Below are positions 57,274 through 64,000 of a stretch of 64,000 nt of DNA, piece after piece. Position 1 is the first letter of the stretch. Every line of letters begins with the position of its first letter. The notes below the pieces were generated by a model. The model was not told the DNA's origin. It ran no database searches and saw only the letters and a program-made list of their open reading frames with translations. Source of the DNA: an uncultured Solirubrobacteraceae bacterium (GTDB lineage: Bacteria > Actinomycetota > Thermoleophilia > Solirubrobacterales > Solirubrobacteraceae); the NCBI GenBank assembly GCA_964588985.1, contig CAZPQW010000003.1, positions 32,001 through 96,000 on the forward strand, read 5' to 3'. Position numbers and translations under genes: made by a program.

Positions 57274-57450
57274 CTAGTCGGAGAGTCCGAAAAGCTTGTC
57301 CTCCTCGTCCCATTCGGCGTACATCTCGTCCAGTTCCTCCTCGCTGAACTCGAAGTCATCGGACACCCAAATCTGGCTCGCCATTGAGCCGAATCCGGCG
57401 AGAAACCTCTCGCCTGGTGTCGTCTTGTCCTCGGTCACATTGACACTCAT
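57274..57450 (-). CDS. small acidic protein, antitoxin C-terminal-like (58 aa; below ORF-track cutoff)
   Basis: MSVNVTEDKTTPGERFLAGFGSMASQIWVSDDFEFSEEELDEMYAEWDEEDKLFGLSD; G-x-M-x-x-Q-I-W-x-S-D-D-F motif. Confidence 0.55.
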   Translation of the reverse strand: MSVNVTEDKTTPGERFLAGFGSMASQIWVSDDFEFSEEELDEMYAEWDEEDKLFGLSD

Positions 57451-57506
57451 GAGGAATTAAACGGTAACAGCTATCTCCGACAGCTGTCTGCGCATGGGAC
57501 GCCCCG

Positions 57507-57548
57507 AAAAACACGACAGCCCCGGATGGGAGGTCCCAGCCGGGGCTG
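57507..57548 (-). terminator. intrinsic terminator downstream of sigma factor gene
   Basis: Minus strand CAGCCCCGGCTGGGACCTCCCATCCGGGGCTG hairpin followed by TCGTGTTTTT. Confidence 0.7.
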
Positions 57549-57580
57549 CGCGATCAACGGGTGATCTGTGGTGCTTGGCT

Positions 57581-58558
57581 CTACGCGGCCTCGCGCAGCG
57601 CCGCCAGCTCAGGCGACTCGGCGAGCTTCTTCAGCGCCCGCTGCTCGAGCTGTGAGGCCCGCTCCGCGGAGAACCCGAGTCGCTTGCCGATCGCGGTGAG
57701 CGTCTGAGGCTCCTCGCGGCCGGTGCCGAAGCGCAGGGTGAGCACCTTGCGCTCGGTGTCCGGCAGCTGAGAGATCGCCTCGTGGACGATGCGCTCGCGC
57801 TCGTTGTCCCATGCGGTCTCCTCCGGCACCTCTGCGTCGGAGGGGAGCAGGTCGCCGAGAGCGGTGTCGCCGTCTTCGCCGATCTGCTGGTCGAGGCTCA
57901 CCAAAGCGGCGCGCTGGTGGCGCACCTCTTCGACCTGCTCGATCGGCAGCCCGGTCTCCTCGGCCAGCTCCTCCAGCGTGGGCTCGCGTCCGAGGCGCAC
58001 CGACAGCTCGCGCTCCACGCGGCCGACCTTGCGCGAGCGCTGGGCCACGTGGACGGGCAGGCGGATCGTGCGTCCCGAGTTCTCCAGGCCGCGCTGGATC
58101 GCCTGACGGATCCACAGGGTCGCGTACGTGGAGAAGCGAAAGCCCTTGCGCCAGTCGAACTTCTCGCTCGCGCGGATCAATCCGAGCATGCCCTCCTGGA
58201 CGAGATCGCCGAGCGGCAGGCCCTGGTTCTGGTAGCGCCGCGCGTTGGACGCGACGAGACGCAGGTTGGAGTTGACGAGCAGTTCCTTCGCGTGCAGGTC
58301 GCCGCGCTCGATCCGCTTGGCCAGGTCGATCTCCTGGGCGGGTGTGAGCAGGGGGTAGCGGCGCGAGTGCGCGAGCAGCTGGTCGACCGCCTCGGGGATG
58401 AACGTGTCGCTGGTTGCGAGGTCGAGGCGCTCGATCGGGCTGTCGAGCCGGTCGGGTGCGACGGCGGGGGCGTCGTTGGTGGTCTCGGCCTCGAGCTCCG
58501 GGTCCTGCACGGGAGCGGTCGGGTCGAGCGTTAGAGTGGGGGTTGCTGTGTCTGACAT
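57581..58558 (-). CDS. sigma-70 family RNA polymerase sigma factor (RpoD/SigB-like, lacking region 1.1)
   Basis: NLRLV; DLVQEGMLGLIRASEKFD..KGFRFSTYATLWIRQAI; RTIRLPVH; region 4 HTH; start ATG 58558. Confidence 0.93.
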   Translation of the reverse strand: MSDTATPTLTLDPTAPVQDPELEAETTNDAPAVAPDRLDSPIERLDLATSDTFIPEAVDQLLAHSRRYPLLTPAQEIDLAKRIERGDLHAKELLVNSNLRLVASNARRYQNQGLPLGDLVQEGMLGLIRASEKFDWRKGFRFSTYATLWIRQAIQRGLENSGRTIRLPVHVAQRSRKVGRVERELSVRLGREPTLEELAEETGLPIEQVEEVRHQRAALVSLDQQIGEDGDTALGDLLPSDAEVPEETAWDNERERIVHEAISQLPDTERKVLTLRFGTGREEPQTLTAIGKRLGFSAERASQLEQRALKKLAESPELAALREAA

Positions 58559-58823
58559 GAGGGGTGTCCTTCTAATCCGATGCTTGGAGTCGGAATTATA
58601 CGCCTCGATAGTTGCGTTGTCAATTACCCTGCTTTGAGGCGCTCCTGCGTGGGTCCTTCGACGCTCAATGCGCGTCTCCCTGCGTACTGCGTCAAAAATA
58701 TGGTGCCCGGCTGATCGGCAGATAAAACCGCGCGCGGGGCAAATGGAGCGATCGAGCGGTCCATTGTTGCTATCGACCGCTACGCCCGGGGGCTGAGGCG
58801 CAAACCGGGAAGCTCGGCGAATG

Positions 58824-59234
58824 TCAGGCGCCGGCGAGCAGATCGAGAAAGGCACGTGGCGAGAACACGGGGATTTCCCCCTCGAGAGCGAGAAGGTCTT
58901 TGTCGCCCGATACCAGAGCCGCGCGATGCGCCGATGCGAGGACGATCAGATAGTCATCGTCCGGATCACGCGAGTGCACCGGCGGGTCGGTATCCGGATC
59001 AACGACCATGCTGGCGGTGTCGGCGACCCACCGCACCAGGCCGGCTGCGTCTGACTCGCTGATATGTAGCCGCAGCTTGGGATAGGCAAGCGCTCGCTGA
59101 AGCTCGTCCAGCAGCGCCTGGGAAGCGATGAGCTCAAACTCGCCCCCGGCGAGCGATCGTAGGATGTCAGCCGGGGCGCCTCGTGGCGAGAGCGCGCCGG
59201 AGATGACCACGTTGGGGTCGAGGACCGCCCGCAC
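58824..59234 (-). CDS. putative TA toxin, PIN family
   Basis: MRAVLDPNVVISG; RDPDDDYL; LVSGDKDLL. Confidence 0.9.
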   Translation of the reverse strand: MRAVLDPNVVISGALSPRGAPADILRSLAGGEFELIASQALLDELQRALAYPKLRLHISESDAAGLVRWVADTASMVVDPDTDPPVHSRDPDDDYLIVLASAHRAALVSGDKDLLALEGEIPVFSPRAFLDLLAGA

Positions 59235-59237
59235 CCG

Positions 59238-59474
59238 TCAGCGCCGACGAAGTCTCGTCTGGTGCTGCGCCTCAACGGCAAGCGCGGTGGCGTCGCCCTC
59301 GGAGAGGTCGTTGCGCTCCCATAGGCGCTCGAGTAGATCGAGCCCCAGGTCGCGACGCAGTGAATCCTCGATCACCTGGCTGTCGCCGCGGCCCGTACGG
59401 GCCGCGCGCATCTTCACCGCCCTCATGACCGACTCGTCGAGTGTGAGCGTGGTGCGAACTTTGGACATCATCAC
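59238..59474 (-). CDS. ribbon-helix-helix (CopG-like) antitoxin
   Basis: RTTLTLDESVMRAVKMRAA...SQVIEDSLR; upstream of PIN gene. Confidence 0.85.
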   Translation of the reverse strand: MMMSKVRTTLTLDESVMRAVKMRAARTGRGDSQVIEDSLRRDLGLDLLERLWERNDLSEGDATALAVEAQHQTRLRRR

Positions 59475-59482
59475 CGCACTTT

Positions 59483-59510
59483 AGCATCGAGATGCGAGAG
59501 CATCAAGATG
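59483..59510. promoter_or_regulatory. tandem repeats, probable RHH antitoxin operator
   Basis: AGCATCGAGATG (59483) and AGCATCAAGATG (59499), each containing a CATC-NN-GATG palindrome, in the TA promoter region. Confidence 0.5.
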
Positions 59511-59513
59511 AAC

Positions 59514-60599
59514 TCAATGCCATTGCGTCGTGCGCCAGTTGTCGGTCGGCGACTCCGGCGCGAGCCACTGCGGCAGCGGCAGCTCCAGGCGCTGGCCGAG
59601 CGCGTTGATGTAGGGCTCGTAGATCGAGCGCATCTTCGTCAGGCGCTCTGCGATCGTCGCCTCGTCCGCTCCCGGCTCGACGCCCACCTCGTGCAGCTGG
59701 CGCAGTAGCTCGCGGAGATCCTCGATGGGCAGACGATCGACCTCCGGCGGGGACGGTTCGACGTGGAAGCTGTAGCTGAGGTCCACGACCGCGTGGCGGG
59801 CGATCGCGAACGTGAAGCGCGCCGAGTCGACCGTTCCGGGCGGCGCGGCCGACACGGTGAACGCGCACGCGTCGAGCAGCGCGCACATCGCCGATAGCCA
59901 GTTCTGGTTGACGTGCTGGGAGCGGAAGTAGGCGAGCACGGGGTAGGCGAGGTGGGTCTCCATCAGCTCCGCGACCCACGTCTCCCAGCCGCTCAGGTAG
60001 CGGTTGAGGGCGGGCCAGCCGTCGCGCTGGGTGGAGCGCAGCACGAGTCGCCCCGCACTGGGAGGCGAGCCCGCGCGCGCGTCGAGCTGCGAGACGGTCG
60101 CCTCGCGGCGGGAGAACGCCTGGTAGAGGGAGGGCAGGTAGCCGATCACGATCGCGATCACCGCGAGGCCGCTGCCCGCGTCGACCACCTGGACGATGCG
60201 CGCGAACGTGCTGTGCGCGCCCATCCCGTCGGGTGCGCTCGCGGCCATCGTCGCGGCGCTGAAGTACAGGTCGTTGCCGAAGCTCACCGCGTGTCCGACC
60301 GTGAGGTGCGAGCCGCCGGCCCACTGCAGGCACGCGTAGCCGAGCATCATCGCCGCGACCCACAGCACGAGGTTCAGCAGCAGCCCAAACGGGCCGTAGA
60401 TCCCGAGCATCGTGTCCGCCGCCTGGGCGGGCAGCCGGCGCGCCATCCACCGCCACGGACCCCACGCGAACGTGAAGATCGAGCGCACGATCTTCGGGTC
60501 GCGCTTGACCCGCCGGGGAAGCAGGAACGCGACGAAGATCTCCATCAGCATCGACAGCACCAGCGCGCCGCCGAACAGCCCCACGAGGACGCGGATCAC
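59514..60599 (-). CDS. potassium-channel-family-like membrane protein
   Basis: TM helices, LYFS pore-helix-like segment, YQAFSRRE...LDARAGSPP and ETHLAYPVLAYFRSQH motifs; GTGA overlap with CDF gene. Confidence 0.7.
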   Translation of the reverse strand: MIRVLVGLFGGALVLSMLMEIFVAFLLPRRVKRDPKIVRSIFTFAWGPWRWMARRLPAQAADTMLGIYGPFGLLLNLVLWVAAMMLGYACLQWAGGSHLTVGHAVSFGNDLYFSAATMAASAPDGMGAHSTFARIVQVVDAGSGLAVIAIVIGYLPSLYQAFSRREATVSQLDARAGSPPSAGRLVLRSTQRDGWPALNRYLSGWETWVAELMETHLAYPVLAYFRSQHVNQNWLSAMCALLDACAFTVSAAPPGTVDSARFTFAIARHAVVDLSYSFHVEPSPPEVDRLPIEDLRELLRQLHEVGVEPGADEATIAERLTKMRSIYEPYINALGQRLELPLPQWLAPESPTDNWRTTQWH

Positions 60600-61510
60600 G
60601 ATCCCATCCCCGCGATCTCGAGCAGCTCGCCCGTGGGCTCGTGGTCGACCTGCAGCGTCGTGTGGTCGAGCGCGAAGCGCTCCCGCAGCATCGCCTCGAG
60701 CGCCCGACGCACGAGGTGGCAGTCGTTCTCCGCGCCCACCAGCACGTGCGCGGAGAGCGCCGGAAAGCCGCTCGTGACCTCCCACACGTGCAGATCGTGC
60801 ACCTCCACCACGCCCGCCTGAGCGACGAACGCAGCGCCGATCGTCTCTGGGTCAAGGCCCTCGGGGGCGGCCTCGAGGAACACGCGAGCGGAGGCCTTCA
60901 CCAGCGATACGCCCGCGCGGAGCATCAGCGCGGCGATCAGCAGCGACACGATCGGGTCGGCGCGCTGGAAGCCGGTCGCGAGGATCACGCCCGCCGCGAT
61001 GGCCGTGCCGACGAACCCGTAGAGGTCGGTGAGGAGGTGCTGGAAGCTGCCCTCGACGTTCAGGCTGCGGCGGTTCGCGCTCGCGAGCATCCACACCGCG
61101 GCGAGGTTCACCACCACGCCGACCAGCGCGACGCCCAGGATCAGCCCCGCGCGGACGTGGGGAGGGTCGAACAGGCGCCGGATGGCCTCGTAGGAGATGA
61201 ACGCCGCGAGGATCAGCAGCGTCACGCCGTTGGCCTGCGCGGAGAGGATCTCCACACGCCGAAATCCGAACGTCATCGCGCCCGCCGCCGGACGTGCCGC
61301 GAGCCGCAGCGCCACGAGCGAGAGGGCGATCCCGCCGGCGTCGGTGAGCATGTGTCCCGCGTCGGAGAGCAGCGCGAGCGAGTGCGCGATCACGCCGACC
61401 GTCACCTCGACCGCCATGAACGCGAGGATCAGCCCGAGCGCGCCCGCGAGGCGGCCACGATCGGCCTCGGCGTCGATGGCGTGGCTGTGTCCGGCGTGGT
61501 CGTGTGTCAC
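60596..61510 (-). CDS. czcD: cation diffusion facilitator, CzcD/ZitB-like
   Basis: His-rich N-terminus THDHAGHSH; SLALLSDAGHMLTD; HLLTD; VHDLHVW; HTTLQ. Confidence 0.9.
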   Translation of the reverse strand: MTHDHAGHSHAIDAEADRGRLAGALGLILAFMAVEVTVGVIAHSLALLSDAGHMLTDAGGIALSLVALRLAARPAAGAMTFGFRRVEILSAQANGVTLLILAAFISYEAIRRLFDPPHVRAGLILGVALVGVVVNLAAVWMLASANRRSLNVEGSFQHLLTDLYGFVGTAIAAGVILATGFQRADPIVSLLIAALMLRAGVSLVKASARVFLEAAPEGLDPETIGAAFVAQAGVVEVHDLHVWEVTSGFPALSAHVLVGAENDCHLVRRALEAMLRERFALDHTTLQVDHEPTGELLEIAGMGS

Positions 61511-61585
61511 GGCTCCAAGATACGCCCCGCGCAGGACCGGCTCACCTGCGGCAATGCCGCCCGTCCGACGTTCTAGTCTCCAGCG

Positions 61586-62962
61586 ATGGCGCGGGTCCAC
61601 GACAGCGAGCGGGAGCTCGCACGGCGCACCACGCTCGTGTCGATCGCCGTCGCCGGCGTGCTCGTCGCGATCAAGCTCGGCGTGGGCCTCGCCACGCACA
61701 GCCTCGGCCTGATCTCCGCCGGCATCGAGTCCAGCGGCGACGTGGTCGCGGCGGTGCTGACGTTCTTCGCGGTGCGCCTCGGCGGGCGCCCGGCCGATCA
61801 CGGCCACCCCTACGGGCACCGGCGCGCGGAGAACCTCGGCGCGCTCGGAGAGGCGGCGATCCTGCTGATGGGTGGGCTGCTGGTGGCGGTCGACGCGGGT
61901 CGGCACCTGATCGAAGGCGGCGGGGCGCCCCGGATTCACTGGTACCAGTTCGCGGTGATCGCGCTCGCGGTGATCCTCGACCTCAGTCGCACCCGCGTGT
62001 CGCTCAACGCAGCTCGCCGCGTCGGCAGTCCCGCGTTGCGCTCCAACGCACTGCACTTCGCCGGCGACATGGCGGGGTCGCTGGCGGTGCTCGTCGGGCT
62101 GCTGACAGTGCACTGGGGCTTCCACCAGGGCGACGCGATCGCCGCGCTGCTCGTCGCCGCGATCATCTTCATCGCCGCCACGCGGCTGATCGCGGAGAAC
62201 GCGAACGTGCTGATGGACCGCACTCCGGCGCAGGCTCGAGCCGCGGCGGAGCTCGCGATCGCGGGCCTGGGGGAGGACGTGGAGCTGAGTCGGCTGCGGC
62301 TGCGCGAGTCCGCCGGTCGCTACTTCGCCGACGTGGTCGTGAGCGTCCCGCCCGGACAGGCGGTCGTCGAGGGCCACCGCACCGCCGATCTGATCGAGGG
62401 CGCCGTCGAGCAGGCGCTGCCGGGTAGCGACGTGGTGGTGCACGTGGAGCCGCGGCGCAGCGGGCTGGACCTGCGCGACCGGGTGCTCTCGATCGCGCTG
62501 TCCGAGCCGCTCGTCAGGGAGGCGCACGACATCTCCATCTTCGAGCAGCAGGGCACCACGAGCGTGTCGCTGCACCTGAAGTTCCCCGACGACCTCGACC
62601 TCCAGGAGGCGCACGAGATCGCCGAGCGCGTCGAGCAGGAGATCCGCTCGCGCCCCGGCGTCGACGACGTGCAGACCCACCTCGAGCCGCTCGAGCGCCC
62701 GCTCCACGCGCGGCGTCCCGACGAGGCCTCGGACCTGCTGGCGGTCAACGAGATCGAGGAGTACGTGTGCGAGCGCACCGGCGCGGACCCACATCGAGTG
62801 AGGCTCCTCTCCACCGACGCCGGGCGCGTGGTGTTCCTCACGCTCGGGTTGGGCGCCGGCGTGTCGCTGACCGACGCGCACAGGCTGGCGAGCGAGCTCG
62901 AGGACGAGCTGCACCAGCGGGTCGAGGGCATCGTCGAAGTGGTCGTGCACACCGAGCCGTAG
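61586..62962 (+). CDS. cation diffusion facilitator (FieF-like) with three C-terminal dimerization domains
   Basis: RPADHGHPYGH..E; HFAGD; three CTD repeats ending HVEP, HLEP, HTEP. Confidence 0.88.
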   Translation: MARVHDSERELARRTTLVSIAVAGVLVAIKLGVGLATHSLGLISAGIESSGDVVAAVLTFFAVRLGGRPADHGHPYGHRRAENLGALGEAAILLMGGLLVAVDAGRHLIEGGGAPRIHWYQFAVIALAVILDLSRTRVSLNAARRVGSPALRSNALHFAGDMAGSLAVLVGLLTVHWGFHQGDAIAALLVAAIIFIAATRLIAENANVLMDRTPAQARAAAELAIAGLGEDVELSRLRLRESAGRYFADVVVSVPPGQAVVEGHRTADLIEGAVEQALPGSDVVVHVEPRRSGLDLRDRVLSIALSEPLVREAHDISIFEQQGTTSVSLHLKFPDDLDLQEAHEIAERVEQEIRSRPGVDDVQTHLEPLERPLHARRPDEASDLLAVNEIEEYVCERTGADPHRVRLLSTDAGRVVFLTLGLGAGVSLTDAHRLASELEDELHQRVEGIVEVVVHTEP

Positions 62963-63037
62963 AGACGGACGGGAAGGATCGCGCTCGCTTCGGCATCTAC
63001 ATGGCCGAGCACCCCGTCCAGCCATCAGGAGGTACAG

Positions 63038-63589
63038 GTGAAGAGTCCAGTCATGCTCGCCGGCGCCGCGGCCGCGCTCGCGCTGCTGTCCGGCTGCGGA
63101 AGCAGCAACAGCTACAGCTCGACCACGTCCAGTTCCAAGAGCGCGGCCGCCACGGGCGGCTCCGCCTACAGCCACGTAAGCTCGACCACCAAGAGCACGA
63201 CGGCAAGCACCCCCGCGGCGAGCGGAGTGGCGATCACGACGAAGCACTCCAAGCTCGGCACGGTGCTCGCGGCCGGCCCGAAGAAATTGACCGTGTACCT
63301 GTTCGAGGGCGACAGGGGCGGAGCATCCGCCTGCACGGGAGCGTGCGCGTCGGCGTGGCCGCCGGTGACCACCAGCGGCACGCCCACCAGCGGTGGCGCC
63401 GCGAAGTCAGCCGACCTCGGCACGATCGTGCGCGCCGACGGCACCACGCAGGTGACGTACAAGGGCCACCCGCTCTACTACTTCGTCCAGGACAAGGACG
63501 CAGGCGACGCCTACGGCGAGGGCTCCACCGCCTTCGGCGCCGGCTGGTACGTGCTCGCTCCGAGTGGAAGCAAGATCGACAACTCCTGA
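63038..63589 (+). CDS. secreted lipoprotein with Lipoprotein_15-type repeats (COG4315-like)
   Basis: Lipobox LSGC; TVYLFEGD...CTGACASAWPP; QVTYKGHPLYYF..D...G.G. Confidence 0.88.
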   Translation: MKSPVMLAGAAAALALLSGCGSSNSYSSTTSSSKSAAATGGSAYSHVSSTTKSTTASTPAASGVAITTKHSKLGTVLAAGPKKLTVYLFEGDRGGASACTGACASAWPPVTTSGTPTSGGAAKSADLGTIVRADGTTQVTYKGHPLYYFVQDKDAGDAYGEGSTAFGAGWYVLAPSGSKIDNS

Positions 63590-63623
63590 GCACTCGATCG
63601 AGCGATAGATAAAAATGACGGGC

Positions 63624-64000
63624 ATGCGCGTCGAGTGGTTCGGGCAGTCGGCCTTTCACCTGAGCACCGCCGAGGCGGCGGTGGCGATCGACCCGTTCGC
63701 GGACATGTCCGCGTTGGCGAGCGCGCGCGGGATGCAGTTCGACTATCCGCCGATCGTGGACGTGAACGCGGACCTGCTGCTCGTGACGCACGAGCACCGC
63801 GACCACAACGGTGTCGATGCGGTCGGCGGGGAGCCGACGATCCTGCGCTCGACCGCGGGAACCCTCGCCTCGCCGCTCGGGGACGTCACCGCGATCGCCT
63901 CCGAGCACGACGAGCAGGCTGGCACCGCGCGAGGTCCCAACACGATCTTCGTGTTCGAGCTGGACGGGCTGCGCGTTTGCCACATGGGCGACTTCGGGCA
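63624..64000 (+). CDS. MBL-fold metallo-hydrolase, 3' truncated by window edge
   Basis: MRVEWFGQSAF...IDPF...THEHRDHN...CHMGDFG. Confidence 0.88.
   Translation, partial: MRVEWFGQSAFHLSTAEAAVAIDPFADMSALASARGMQFDYPPIVDVNADLLLVTHEHRDHNGVDAVGGEPTILRSTAGTLASPLGDVTAIASEHDEQAGTARGPNTIFVFELDGLRVCHMGDFG

Noticed and set aside
2930-59510. Integron-like array explaining scattered TA modules
   Set aside because: No integron integrase and no shared attC-like flanks recognised; the modules are isolated between core genes
60596-63247. 883 aa minus-strand ORF
   Set aside because: Only the last 304 aa (CzcD, start 61510) are real; the rest is antisense to the 61586 and 63038 genes

Overview
High-GC actinobacterial chromosomal window. 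Gene content and protein style suggest Thermoleophilia/Solirubrobacterales (inference). The backbone carries housekeeping, lipid-catabolic and transport genes: apt, nadE, WS/DGAT, a P450, an acyl-CoA dehydrogenase pair, dinB, SRAP, ccdA, a group-2 sigma-70 and two CDF transporters. Interspersed are four toxin-antitoxin pairs, an orphan antitoxin-like ORF, a tRNA-Phe 3' fragment, a c-di-AMP riboswitch with an adjacent LexA-box-like palindrome, and an orphan parB operon. The most striking feature is an unannotated three-gene secreted-protein cassette present three times: intact at 17.0-24.8 kb and 36.6-43.1 kb, and internally deleted at 12.4-14.3 kb. Each copy encodes a small Cys-containing secreted protein, a ~750 aa beta-propeller-like protein and a 1100-1540 aa protein with four Cys-containing repeats. 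The copies share a promoter signature and basic C-terminal tails, and the two intact copies show a 5'-to-3' GC gradient. A separate Gly-rich protein carries a C-terminal domain resembling the small subunit. A secreted protein ending in PKFTG is paired with an L,D-transpeptidase. No rRNA, complete tRNA, CRISPR array, integrase or transposase was seen.
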